A stretch of 63,409 nt of DNA, the filler included, from Sanchytrium tribonematis (lineage: Eukaryota), in the NCBI GenBank assembly GCA_018985235.1. It is 15 parts of 15 records of this genome, joined end to end, with 100 filler letters (N's around TTAATTAATTAA, not from the genome) between each part and the next. Parts side by side here need not be neighbours in the genome. Positions count along the whole stretch, not along the records: positions 1 to 2,925 come from JADGIG010000950.1; positions 3,026 to 5,944 come from JADGIG010000951.1; positions 6,045 to 8,963 come from JADGIG010000952.1; positions 9,064 to 11,974 come from JADGIG010000953.1; positions 12,075 to 14,985 come from JADGIG010000954.1; 10 more parts are not named here. One strand, written 5' to 3'. The notes below the pieces were generated by a model. It ran no database searches. It was not told the DNA's origin and saw nothing but the letters and a program-made list of their open reading frames with translations. A program made the position numbers and the translations under genes. Shown in pieces: positions 1-12,808 of the stretch; position 1 is the stretch's first letter; the number at the start of each line of letters is the position of its first letter.

Positions 1-376
1 ATATTTGGTCATCTAGTTTATGTTCAACTGCTTTTAAATACCTTATTTCACGATCTAGTTGAGAAACATTGCTCAAATTCTCATGATTCTCTAATTTTAA
101 TTCCAAATCTCTTCTTTTGTTCACGACATCTTTTTGTAGTATTTCCATCTGTAGCTGTGATGCGAATGACTGATTATATTTACGGTTTAAATGTTCAATG
201 AATCTTTTGACTTCCATTAAAGATACACATGGCGGCACTCGATTCTTTTTAATCCAAATCTGTAATGATGTTGTGCGACCACGCTGTCACACAAATGATC
301 ACAAAACAATTAGGCGCCAAATGGCAAATCACAAAAGGGGTATCTAAAATAATCAGATCATTTGATTCCATTTATT

Positions 377-2111
377 TTAACCAATGGTACAATTTTTTAG
401 ATTTTTTGAGACACAGTGATTTCCTCCAATTTTCCAAAAACTATTTCCATTTTCACCCATGTACACAGCATTTCCATTTGAATCACATTTTAAACCACTC
501 ATAATCTTTGTAAATGTCTTTGATTTCCCATTAATTTGATCATTTACCCCATTTAATGGATATTCTTCAAATACCACCAAATCTCCACTTTTTGCATTTG
601 TAGGTGGTCGAATCACTTCAATTTGAGTATGGTCTTCATTACTAGCACACAATACCATTCCTTGTGATTCTACCCCTCTTAATTTACTTGTCTTTAAATT
701 ACTCAAAATCATCACTTTTGTGTTTAATAATGTTTCCATTGGAATGAATTTAGCCAATCCACTCACAATAGTCCTCATTTCTGATCCTACTTCAATCTGA
801 CTAATGTATAATCCATCTGCATCTGGATGTATTTTCATTTCTTTAATATGGCCCACTTTAATCTCTAATCGACTCACATCCTCATTTTTATTCTTTGCTA
901 CATGAATATGAATTACCTAGTGGCACTTTCTTTTTAGATTTCTCTGGTTTTTCACTGGCTTTATCAGATGTCTCAGAATTCTCAGATTTCTGAATTTTAT
1001 CTACTTTTGGATATGCCTTGTTGGTCAATGTTTTAAATGCTTCTGTATTCAATTCACTCTGTACAGGTCCCAGTAATTGATGAATGGCATTAATAATACC
1101 TTGTTTTAAATCACTTGGATGCAATTTCATATTTTTAAAGTCATCTTCTAATTGTTGATATTCTGTGTATTTTAATGGACCACCATGTGCATCCGATCTA
1201 GGAATCGTAAATAAACTAGGCTGTAATGACTGAATTTGACCATCAGGGGTGAAATTGAGTACATTTTGAGTATTTTCAGATTTCTCAGTGGCTAATTCAC
1301 TCAATAATTCACACATTGGAAATAAAACTACTTTACAAAATGGTAATAGTCCATTATTCAAATCACCTTCTTTACAAAATGCTTTTTTAATTTTCTTAGT
1401 GACACTTTGCGGTGGATCTAGAATATCAATTTTGGATTCTTCTACGGATGAACTCATTTTATCACCAGTTAAACCAGGCACCATAGTATTCATTAAATGA
1501 ATTCTCTTTTCGTATCCCAATTTAGGCAATATTTGTTCTGCAAATACGAATATTTTACGCTGATCAATTCCACCAAATTGAGCATCTACATTTAAATATT
1601 CTTCGTCTAATGCTTGTAATCCAGGATAGATTAAAGAAGACAAGAGGGGATGTTCTACTTGTTTAACAACTTGGGCACCTGCTTTTTTAGAATCGTGGAT
1701 TGAAGAAATAGCTGCTAATTTATACGCATCTAAATTGTATTTCTCAGTTAATTGGTATGAAGTACCTACTACAAAGTGTAGTTTGTTAATATCTACACCA
1801 ATTCCCTTTAAAATAGAGGTAATGACAGATTTGTAATATTCTGTTCTTAATTTCAATTGAGACCATGGCGCTTTCATATTATCCAAATATGCATGTAAAT
1901 CAGCTAATAAAATAGTGACATTACAACCAGCATGTAAGAAATCTGCTATTTTCATTAATGGCACAAAATACGCTAAATGTGGTTTGCCAGTGGGTGCTGT
2001 TCCCCAATAGATCTTCAAATCTCTCTCTTTTAAGATGGTTTCTAATTTATCTTGATGTAATACTTCTCCTAAATGACGGGTAATCAATTGCAATTTACGT
2101 GCCGAATTCAT
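377..2111 (-). CDS. TYS1: Cytosolic tyrosyl-tRNA synthetase with C-terminal EMAP II-like/tRNA-binding OB domain; 2 exons (2111-917, 897-377), about 571 aa
   Basis: [14 protein letters not shown] (HIGH-like), [13 protein letters not shown] and KMSSS motifs. Removing the 19-nt intron 898-916 joins the EMAP II-like ORF ([28 protein letters not shown]) in frame. Confidence 0.92.
898..916 (-). other. 19-nt GT-AG intron GTAATTCATATTCATGTAG
   Basis: Restores the frame [20 protein letters not shown]. Confidence 0.85.
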
Positions 2112-2328
2112 TTTTAGAGGGGTGTTGCAAAAAAGATTTGTCAAATCAGATTTTATGCCATTCTGTTTGATATCCGTGGATAATAAATCAATATAACCAA
2201 CTATCTTTCAACTAACAATGTTTTCATGTCCACGTCTACACATGGTCATTAAAAATAAATCAAGCAAAACACGTGTATTGCAAATGGCCACATGGACCAT
2301 ATGCAAATATGCAGCAGATGATCTCCGT

Positions 2329-2925
2329 ATGACTTTGATCTGGCTCACTGGCTATCCCGGTACTGGTAAAACAACACTAGGCAACTTATTCAAATCTAAA
2401 TTGATTGGATTCATTATGATGGAGATATTTTTGCATACACAAATGTAGATCCTACGCAACATACAGGCATTCCGACTCCAGAAATGACAAAAGGCGTAGA
2501 TGATGCTAAAAAACAAGCATTTGACAAGACAGTCAAGGCATTCAATGCTTTATTTAGTGGTAAACAAGTGGATTTATCAGAATGGACTCCATTTTATGAT
2601 ATATTGATTAAAGATATTCAACGCGTTTCTAAAGCACATCCGAATCAATCTATATGTGTGTCATTCTCTACATTCCCATATCCATTGCGCCAATACATTC
2701 AAAATGTACTACATTGTCAATTTATCATTTTAAATGATGTTGAAAAGGGAAGTGTGACTCGAAAAGTGAAATATGTAGAGAAATCTGCAAATGATGCGAA
2801 TCAATCTTTGCTAGATTACTTGAAAGCATTAAATCAGGATGTACAGGGTGATGTTTATGAATGGTTGAGAAAGAGTATTGAAAAGACGCAAATTGGATTG
2901 GATTCGGCACAAGGAGATGAATTGG
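2329..2925 (+). CDS. P-loop (gluconate/nucleotide-kinase-like) protein, 1-nt frameshift near 2400, truncated by contig end
   Basis: LIWLTGYPGTGKTT Walker A, continuing in another frame as DWIHYDGD...MTKGVDD. No suitable intron at the shift. Confidence 0.6.
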
Positions 2926-3025
2926 NNNNNNNNNNNNNNNNNNNNNNNNNNNNNNNNNNNNNNNNNNNNTTAATTAATTAANNNNNNNNNNNNNNNNNNN
3001 NNNNNNNNNNNNNNNNNNNNNNNNN
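2926..3025. other. Artificial contig spacer (N/TTAATTAATTAA/N, 100 bp). Also at 5945-6044, 8964-9063, 11975-12074, 14986-15085, 17989-18088, 20990-21089, 23974-24073, 45585-45684, 48568-48667, 51549-51648, 54524-54623, 57492-57591, 60459-60558
   Basis: Identical 100-bp blocks with stops in all six frames; genes are cut at each. Confidence 0.98.
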
Positions 3026-3464
3026 AATTTCATGTTTCTCTTTAATTCAAATAATGCCACTCTAAAGGTTCTATTTCTTTGGTTTTCTCTCAACAACTGG
3101 GTTGACTCGTCTTTCATGGTGAAATCACTCCCTCTTCATGATAAACAATTGGAAATTCCTGTTTTTGTTGGCTGATTGGTACAATCGTCATTTATTAAAT
3201 GATTTATCTGATATCATAATAGATAGCCAATGGGCTATTCATAATCTGTTTAACAATGTCTGTGACGAAATGAGCTGCAAAACAATTTACCCCAAACTCG
3301 TTTTTGCGTCAATTTGAAATCAAAAATAATTCTTCATCCCACCTACTTATCCACTAGAACTCTATGAAATTTGGGAAAGAATAGTGTGCATCTATTTGCT
3401 CGGAGTAATTTGATGTCGTTGCTCCATTTAATTAATAAAAATTTAAAATAAAGCCACTTTTAAA

Positions 3465-5944
3465 ATGTACGCGCTCTTGATATCATTTCTGGTTGCTGTC
3501 TCTATAGACTGTCCCATAATTATTCAACTGGCATTGGATTTAGATATCAAATACACAAATACCGATTATTTTATTCAGTATGAAAAAGATTGTTGTTTGG
3601 GAGTTGGAGTCATTTGTGAGAATGAGCGAGTTACGGAGCTACATTGGGGATTTGTGTCTGACTATAGTAAACCAACATATCCAGAAATTCAACTACCACC
3701 CAAATTACGCGTACTTGACATGACTCATAGTCAAAAAACAATGATTCTCAAAAAGCTACCAGAATCACTTAAAGTGATAGATTTTTATAATTCTTTTCAA
3801 CATGCACTAGAATTACAAACACTACCAAATCTTACGTATTTCAAATATCATTGCTACTATGATTTAAGACCACCTATTTTGCCACGTCTTCCAGATACTT
3901 TAGAATTTATTGATTTTGCATATTGTGCAATAGATATCTTTCCATCCAACGCGACCGGTTTAAAAGAGATCCATTATAATGATTGCAACTCTGATGTTCC
4001 ATATTTATTTCCGAATATACCAGAAACTATTGAATCTGTTGATTTACGGTCGTGTAATTATTTTGGGCAAATTGCTTTGGATTTCAAACATGTCAAGTAT
4101 TTATCTTTAGGATATAATCATTTTTCTGGTAATCTCACTGTTTCCTCTCCAAATATCACTACTTTGGACATCAGATTTAGTTATTTTGACAGATTATTTA
4201 TATCAAATGTAAATCAAATAGATTCTTCGGCCTGCAGCACTTCAAACAATTATTTTGAGCCAGATAATGCAAATGAACTTGCTATATTACAATCTCGAGG
4301 CTGTCACATCAACTACAAATCTGCACCATCCCCAGATTGTCCAAATTTAATGCTACTTTTGAGACAATTAAATATGCATTTAGTGAATCCCGAAAGGTAC
4401 AATTATTTAGCAAATTTAAAAAATTGCTGTGAGGATGTCACCGAACGTATTTATTGCACTGGGAGTAGAATTGATTACCTTGACTTATCGTATTTATCCT
4501 TAAATGGCACAATTAATTCTACATTATTACCGTATTCTTTATTTAATTTAAATATGGAGAATAATAATATTAGTGGATATTTTCCAGATCTTTCATCGCT
4601 TTTAAATTGCATCACTATTGACTTGCGAAACAATCAAATACAAGGTACAATTTATGGTAAATTGCCAAATACGATACAACAATTATATATTTCCGACAAT
4701 CAATTAAATGGAACAATCCCCCTTTTAAGTCAACTCACTGATTTGGCTGCAGATAACAATAATTTTGACTCTGTCGAAAATCAATTAACAGGGAATATAT
4801 TGCAAAGTATTTCAATCTCCTTTAATAAAATAAGAGGTATCATAGACATGTCCTATTATGTACCTCGATTAAATTATGGATTTAATTTTAGAAATAATCT
4901 AATTGATAAAATATTGACTTTAAAAAATATTACAAATTCTGGATGCGATGTTTCATTAAATAATATTGCCCAAGCAGATTTGAGAAATTTGACAAGTTGT
5001 AAGCATGAATTACAGATATATTCAGATCCAATTAACTTTGAGAGCTGTAAATACGCCATGAACTTGCTGCGAAAAATGGGAGAAATAGTTAAATCCGAAA
5101 AAAATTGTTGTGATTCTTTTTACGGATTTGATTGCGTGAATCAGAATGTGACCGGAATGGATATATGGGGTACTGGCACACCATTGTTGACTGTTGATGG
5201 CTTTACATTTTCAGCAGCAGATATTCCTCCATCTTTGCAAATGATCTTTTTTGATTGTTTATTCAATCAGACTGCTCAGTTACCGAGTATTCCAGGACAC
5301 GTGAAATACATACAGATAAAATATACAAATATTGGTGGTAAATTGCCAGTATTTTCAGAAGGGTTGGAAACTTTGATTATCAACCATGTTAATTTGAATC
5401 AGTCTTTTCCAACATTACCAAGTACATTAAAAATATTGAGATTAACTTATTGCAATTTATTTGGACGGGTTCCCGAGTTACCACCTAATTTACAAGAATT
5501 GCAAATACAAGGAAATAATTTGACGGGTCCATTGCCTTTGTTTCCTGCTTCTTTGAAGATTCTTGTATTGGGGGATATTGCACACGATGGTAATATATTC
5601 AATGATAAATTGACTCTTCAAAACCCAACCCGATTGGTGCTTGGAGATACGGGGATTTATGATGTTCAATTGAAAAATACAAGTTTACTGACCAATTGTG
5701 ATTTGTCATTTAGTCCACTGCAAAATAATACGAATATAGCCAATTATACAATGTGTAAAAAATATTATTTGAAAAATATGCCAGAGAATTTGACACAAAA
5801 CACTGTTACACAAGATTCCAAATCAAGTATTTTCTAATTTATTTAGTTGTGACGCGTGTATTTTATAAGGGTACTACAACCAACTCGATTAATCTGACTA
5901 TTTCCAATACGATCGATAGTATAATTGGTTCGTCTGTGGTAGCT
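3465..5944 (+). CDS. Secreted/surface leucine-rich-repeat protein with three Cys-rich cap modules; 20-nt intron 5827-5846; 3' truncated
   Basis: Hydrophobic N-terminus MYALLISFLVA. Repeated C-x(n)-CC-x(n)-C caps and LxLxxNxLxGxIP repeats. Frame stays open after the intron (SIVTRVFYKGTTT...) to the contig end. Confidence 0.85.
5827..5846 (+). other. 20-nt GT-AG intron GTATTTTCTAATTTATTTAG
   Basis: Removes the stop and opens a Ser/Thr-rich stalk. The post-intron sequence resembles that of the paralog at 15585. Confidence 0.75.
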
Positions 5945-6593
5945 NNNNNNNNNNNNNNNNNNNNNNNNNNNNNNNNNNNNNNNNNNNNTTAATTAATTAA
6001 NNNNNNNNNNNNNNNNNNNNNNNNNNNNNNNNNNNNNNNNNNNNCTCAAATAAAATGATTGATTTGTAAGTGTCTTCTTTTCAGTTACTTTATATTTAAA
6101 AAAAAATTATAAGTACCAAATATCTCGTCAATTGCTTTCTTCATGTTTAATTTATCCAAAGCAAGAGATGATAAGTGGTTTAATTGCTCTATTGGTGGTA
6201 TTGTATACACGATTGTCTCTTCCATTTCTGCAAATTGTATGAGTTTCAAAGTCATTTATTCACGTGTGCAACAGATCATGATCATCTGATCAAAAATTGT
6301 CTAAAATGACATCATGTCCAATCAAATTTTTCGTACCTTCGTCCCAAAATAGCAATTCCGTTTAACAAAGAAAAGAAAAAAGTGTAGAAAACTATTCAAG
6401 AATTACAAAAACAACAAAGAAAAATGTAGAAATATCAGACCCACTCTAAAGAACATTGAAATAAATCGTAAAAAGACTCTCCAAAAGCAAAAGACATCCA
6501 AATTTGAAGAATACATAACTCACCCTTGCTATCCATGGGAAAGTGCATATTATCTAAAGACTGTTGGCTTCCAATTAAAGGTATTGTATATAT

Positions 6594-8009
6594 TTGTATT
6601 TGATTAGTTCTACTGTACACTTTGAAGACCATTTCCAATCATTCAAATTTCTACATCCCAATGAATGGCCAGTTCAACCAGATATAGATAAATCCGTAAT
6701 ATTAACCAAAGCAACTGAAATATTTGAATATGACACTGCTTATATACCAATTTCCGTAAAATTAGTGGGTGATTTAATCCCAAGTCTGATTTACAAAATT
6801 CTGCCAAAATTTGGTACTTTATTATTTCAAAAATTACTTATGCAGTGCTACATAACCAATAAACTACCAGCTGATTGGCAATCGTCAACAGTAATCGAGA
6901 TCTTCAAATCAGGCAATCACTTGCAACCAGACAGATATAGACCCGTCTCTCTAATCTCGACGGGACTCAAAATCTACCAACAAATGATTTATCACTCAAG
7001 ATTTCGTAAATTGTTATTCCCAGGCCCCAGACAACATGGATTTAACATCTACAGCATCCCAAATCCACTCTTTGATTTTGACTATGAAACGCTTTTACTC
7101 ATCTCATGGCAAAGTACATGCCGTGGGACTAGACCTTTCTACAGCCTTTGACTGTTTAAAGCAGCAAGATGTATTTCGTCATGTCCATTCCCATCTTGAT
7201 AATCATGACACAAATATTTTGAGGCAGATCATTACAAATCAATCATTTTATTTGAGAAAAGATCCTGGAGAAACTGCAATACCAATGCGAAGAGGAACTC
7301 CCCAAGGAGGGACTCTTTCTCCATTGGTTTTTGCATTTGTGATGGATCGTATTTTAAAAGAAATTCATATCTCTGATGATTACGCATTATTTTTCTATGC
7401 GGTTGACCTGATTATATGTACACATGATTATGAATCTCTTGAAAGCATAACAAATATGAATACATCTTCAATGATTTCAAATTTCAATTTATTATTCAAA
7501 TGATGAAATAGAAGGACTGCTACTCCAAAATAACATGTTTATTCTCACTCAATCAAATTTGATGAATCTAGGAGTAGATTTAAATGCATTTGGTATTGAT
7601 TACGAAGCAGACATTAAATTAAAATTGGCGAATTCTACAATCTCACAAATATCTTGGACAAACTTTTAACAAACAATTGACAGAATTAGAAATGAATAAA
7701 ATAGACTGCACATTTATGAATAAAAAGGCTGTCAATTATAGCAATAAATTGAATATGGAATGGGAATGGAATAATCAATTTGATCAGTATCGAGCATCAA
7801 ATTTTAAATCACACCATAAAAATTTAAAACATCTCCAAGTGAAGTACGATGGATTCTTAACCGGTACTTTACCTAGAAAACCGATTGGAAACCAAGAAAT
7901 TAAATGCAGCTATTGTCATCGCAATTTTGAGGGACTAGATCATTTTGGAAATACTTGCAGCTACACTGAATTGGAATATAGGGATTCAAATTACTTCAGA
8001 TCTGATTGA
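6594..8009 (+). mobile_element. Degenerate non-LTR retrotransposon (LINE) reverse transcriptase with C-terminal CCHC finger
   Basis: YRPVSLIS, QHGF, LDLSTAFD, GTPQGGTLSPLVF, YAVD (YADD mutated), CSYC..DHFGNTC; frameshifts and stops. Confidence 0.88.
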
Positions 8010-9063
8010 TTAGACATATTAATAAGGATGTGATCAAAAACCACTTTTATCCTGCAGCATTTAAATAAGTAAATTATTATTATTTTTTGAAACTTTAGAT
8101 TAAAAACAACTCATGGATTAGTGTTGGGTGGAAGAATTAATCGGTGTTAAAGCTTGAATTTGCGCAGGCGTATTAGATGGTTGTGAATGACGAATTTGTG
8201 AAAGTATACTTGGATTCGTGTGATTTAAAACCAATTGCAAATTTGACTCGAATATTAGTATTATTCTCTAATTCTTGAACGACAGTACTAATTTCTTGGT
8301 AATGAGAGCTTGTGGTGTGTCTATCTGGATAGTTAATTACTCTCTGTGGCTCATCTGCAGCATAATGCTTCACAATTTCTTTCTTAAATAAAATGAAGAA
8401 TAGGTACTTTTACCCATTTCACTATTGTAGTATCTTTTCAAAAAATGTCCTTCTATAGAGATGGAAAAATGGCCAAATAATACATTATTTAATTTTAATG
8501 AGAAATTATTAAATTTCTTGTAAAATTTGGCATGTTCTGATAAATTTCCAACAGCGATAAGTTCATACATGTGCGCTGATAGCACACTTGCTAAATAATA
8601 AATAATAAATAAAACCTGAGGCCTGTTGATCCAACCCGTGATGCACGTGTGAAAATCCTTGTTTCAACTCCATTCTTTGATCCGTAGCCTCAACAGATCG
8701 AGTTGTGAAAAAAAATAAATTTGCCAATCAATTTTCGAGTTTATGTAGTCTAATCAGCATTCGTTGTATCGTTTTGACCAATGAAATTGTCTAATTATGG
8801 CTCAAAAAGACAACCGGTAATCTTTGTCAATACAATGGCTCTTTGGACAACAAAAGAAATCTTGATTTGTAGTGTAGTGTATGCACAATCATATCAAACA
8901 GCAAAATATAAAATCGGAGAAGATGGTAAACTAAAAGCAACTAAAGATCAAGGTACTGTGTCCNNNNNNNNNNNNNNNNNNNNNNNNNNNNNNNNNNNNN
9001 NNNNNNNTTAATTAATTAANNNNNNNNNNNNNNNNNNNNNNNNNNNNNNNNNNNNNNNNNNNN

Positions 9064-10463
9064 CTTGAACAAATTACACGCTGAAGAAATCAATTGGTCC
9101 TATTTGGTGGCAAATGGCATGATTGAGTATATAGACACTGAAGAGGAAGAAGCCACCCTAATCTGCATGTCTCCAAAAGAATTAGCCGAAGTCAAAATGG
9201 GTAGAAGATTTGAAAATACCAATGGCGATGTGACTGCTAGATTACAAAGCAGAACAGCCGTTGATCGTGCGCGAAATTACTCGCATTGTGAAATTCATCC
9301 TTCAATGATTTTAGGTGTTTGTGCAAGTATTATTCCATTTCCAGACCATAACCAGAGTCCTAGAAATGTGTATCAAAGTGCGATGGGTAAGCAAGCGATG
9401 GGTATGTTTGCTACTAATTTTCAGTCAAGAATGGACACAATGGCGAATATCTTATTTTACCCCCAAAAACCCTTGGCATGTACCAGAAGCATGGAATTTT
9501 TGAGATTTCGAGAAATGCCAGCTGGTCAAAATGCGATTGTCGCGATTGCTTGCTATAGTGGATATAACCAAGAAGATTCTTTAATTATGAATCAAAGTTC
9601 CATTGATAGAGGTCTATTTAGGAGTATGTATTATAGATGCTACGCCGATCAAGAGAAGAAAGTAGGAACCGCTTTGACAGAAGAGTTTGAGAAACCCAAC
9701 AAAAATGAAACTGTAAAAATGAGAAGAAGCACATATGAAAAATTAGACAATGATGGGTTGATTGCTCCAGGCGTTCGTGTTGTTGGAGATGATATTATCA
9801 TTGGTAAAACAACACCTTTACAAGAAAATTCTGCAGAGTTGGGTCAAAGAACAGAAACTCAAAATAAGAAAGACGTGTCCACTACTTTAAAAAGTACAGA
9901 AAATGGAATTGTGGATCAAGTTGCAGTTACGACCAATTTTGAAGGATATAGATTCGTCAAAGTTAGAGTGCGAAGTTGCAGAATTCCACAAATGGGTGAT
10001 AAATTCGCTTCACGTCATGGTCAAAAAGGGACTGTGGGAATGACTTATCGACATGAAGATATGCCATTTACTGCAGATGGAATTGTGCCAGATTTAATTA
10101 TTAATCCGCATGCTATTCCAAGCAGAATGACAATTGGACATTTAGTCGAATGTTTATTGAGTAAAGTCAGTGCATTACACGGCACTGAAGGTGATGCAAC
10201 TCCATTTACAGATGTCACAGTTGATAGCATCAGCAAGATGTTGAGACAATCAGGATTTAATTCTAGAGGATTAGAAGTGCTCTACCACGGACACACAAGC
10301 AAAAAGTTACAGTGTCAAGTATTTATGGGACCAACTTATTATCAAAGATTGAAGCATAGTAGTTTAATTTTATGTAGTGGTGGATGATAAAATACATTCT
10401 AGAGCTCGTGGTCCATTGCAAATTTTGACTCGGCAACCTGTTGAAGGAAGGAGTAGAGATGGT

Positions 10464-10495
<32 letters not shown>

Positions 10496-10751
10496 TATGA
10501 TTAGTCACGGTGCAGCATTATTTATGCGTGATCGATTATTTGAAAATAGTGATGCTTATAAAGTACATGTCTGTGATTTGTGTGGCTTATTTGCAATTGC
10601 GAATACTAAAAAGAATACTTTTGAGTGTAAAGGTTGTAAAAATAAGACCCAAGTCAGTGAAATTGATATTCCTTATGCAACAAAATTATTATTTCAAGAG
10701 TTGATGTCCATGAATATTACACCAAGAATTTTGACTAGAGTTAAAAAATAA
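9064..10751 (+). CDS. RPB2: RNA polymerase II second-largest subunit, C-terminal part; 19-nt intron 10359-10377
   Basis: [55 protein letters not shown]. Confidence 0.97.
10359..10377 (+). other. 19-nt GT-AG intron GTAGTTTAATTTTATGTAG
   Basis: Exactly restores the conserved QRLKHMVDDKIH motif. Confidence 0.95.
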
Positions 10752-11101
10752 TAAATTCTGTCTTTTTTTTCTTGGAAATGCAATATACGGCCCAAGTACA
10801 AAATTTAATTCACCAACTCACTTGATCTGCTTTTTATTATACATGACATTGGATTATTCTAGTTCAATCTGATGGTTAACTTAGGTTGAGTCAATCTGGA
10901 TTTCAAATCTGGTTTAACTCAATTATTGTTGGATCGAAATGAAAAGAATAGAGCAAAGTAAACAGTCCAAATTGCACAAGGAACAAAGTGTGTTGCAGGT
11001 TCCGATGGCAACGTTTCCGTACAATTTGCATAAATAAAATCATAATCTTGAATTTAGGTTGTTCCAATTTGCAAAATAGCCAAGAAATGAATGAAATTAT
11101 T

Positions 11102-11974
11102 TCAGGAAATTTCATACTGAATATACTCTATATCATCGTTATTACTGATATCCAACTTGTATTTACCATGGGTAAATAAATAGCCTCTCTTATGGAACTC
11201 ACAATCACCAATCTCTGATTTCAAGTAAATCAACGCTTTTTCATATAATCCAAGACGCAATTTCAACTGCTTCCTTGCTTTGCGTCTGTTCTCTGCTGAA
11301 ATTAAAGGCTCATTTACAGTAATCTCATCGTCCTCAATCTTTACCTTGACAGATTTATTCTTCGACTCTCCACAAACCAACACACACAACTTCCTTGCAG
11401 CACTAGGATAGAGCTCAATGGAACCACGATGATCAAATTCAACCCCATCGAAACTCTCTTTCCCAAAGTCCTTGTCGCATAAATAAACCAAAGGCTGCAA
11501 CGATCTTGGATCATAGTAGATCTTTCTGGTAGACTCTTTACAACCTGCGTAGTAGGACACTTCATCCTTCGTAATATTCTCATAAAATTCACTCAGTTTT
11601 GCTCTGTCCTCTTCTGGAAGTAAGGGAGATTGCAATCGAATTTGGTACTCTTTTCTCATTTCATTTAAAATCACAACGCATAAACGCTCCACAGAGGGAA
11701 AATGATCCCTAGCAACATCCTTTGTGATAATTTTACGAGTAACCAAATGAGCCAGGTCATACAACGAGTAGATTTTGAATGATTTTGAAAAATTCTTGCC
11801 AAATTTCTCCTCGATGACTCCTCTATTAATTGTCTCACTCATACACTCAAAGTTCATCTTCACCTGTTCAGTAATTTTTCTCACTTCCTTGACGTTTCTT
11901 GCAACTTCATTCAATAATTCAGTATGCCCATTCACTGTGCCCTTCAAGTCTTTAATGTCGTCCTTAATGGTCTT
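11102..11974 (-). CDS. Coiled-coil protein with possible PD-(D/E)XK nuclease-like C-terminal domain; 5' truncated
   Basis: Heptad-like N-terminus; VEFDHRG...VCGESK...ARKQL motif spacing. Confidence 0.45.
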   Translation of the reverse strand, partial: KTIKDDIKDLKGTVNGHTELLNEVARNVKEVRKITEQVKMNFECMSETINRGVIEEKFGKNFSKSFKIYSLYDLAHLVTRKIITKDVARDHFPSVERLCVVILNEMRKEYQIRLQSPLLPEEDRAKLSEFYENITKDEVSYYAGCKESTRKIYYDPRSLQPLVYLCDKDFGKESFDGVEFDHRGSIELYPSAARKLCVLVCGESKNKSVKVKIEDDEITVNEPLISAENRRKARKQLKLRLGLYEKALIYLKSEIGDCEFHKRGYLFTHGKYKLDISNNDDIEYIQYEIS

Positions 11975-12074
11975 NNNNNNNNNNNNNNNNNNNNNNNNNN
12001 NNNNNNNNNNNNNNNNNNTTAATTAATTAANNNNNNNNNNNNNNNNNNNNNNNNNNNNNNNNNNNNNNNNNNNN

Positions 12075-12790
12075 TAAAAGGTATGTTATATGTCGAAATA
12101 TTACCATTTAATGGATTGTCACTAAAGTAAAAGCCATTTATATTTAAAGGAAATGATTTTGGGAATTTCTTGAATTGGTTTGAACTCAAATACAAATTTG
12201 TGATGGTCAAATAGCTTAAATCAATCTCACCACTCAATTGATTATTTGAAAAATCAACATAGGAATGTGAACTGCTCTTTAAAGTTGGTAAATTTCCTGT
12301 AAATAAATTCCATGAAAATTCAATTTTTGAAGACAGGGTGCTAGAGATATTAGGAATTATACCAGTAAGCATATTATGGGACACTGATAATATGACTAGT
12401 CCTACTGGCCAATTAGCAGATACATTGCCTGTTAATTGATTAAATCCTACTTGGAAAGTTTTCATTAAACTTGGAATATTTGGCAATGTACCATTAAATT
12501 GATTGTTTTCAAGGTTCAAATCGGTCAATATAGATGGCAGAGATGGTATTGGTCCTTTATATTTGATTATTATTGCCATATATCTTGCTCAAACCAGAAG
12601 GGAATAAATTTGGAAATTTACCAAAAATCAAATTATTAGAGATATTTAAATACTGCAGATTGGTCGGAAAGAGTGGCATTTTGACAAGTCCAATTTGGTA
12701 ATACCATCAGGGAATGAGGCAGGTAAATCATTTAATAAATTATTACTAACATCAAACAATGTCAGATGTGAAGGAAGTGTATCTGATATC
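12075..12790 (-). pseudogene. Fragmented LRR-protein gene
   Basis: LxLxxNxFxGxLP repeats in 12075-12579; further LRR sequence at 12580-12790 is broken by frameshifts and stops. Confidence 0.65.
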
Positions 12791-12808
12791 TAGGTACTAG
12801 AAGTGACT

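Noticed and set aside
2395..2405. Tiny intron in the P-loop kinase gene
   Set aside because: No GT/GC..AG of suitable phase; a single missing base (error or pseudogenisation) fits better.
10351..10390. Programmed frameshifting to explain split RPB2, SMC1 and others
   Set aside because: Each split contains extra non-homologous GT..AG sequence whose exact removal restores the motif; splicing explains all of them.
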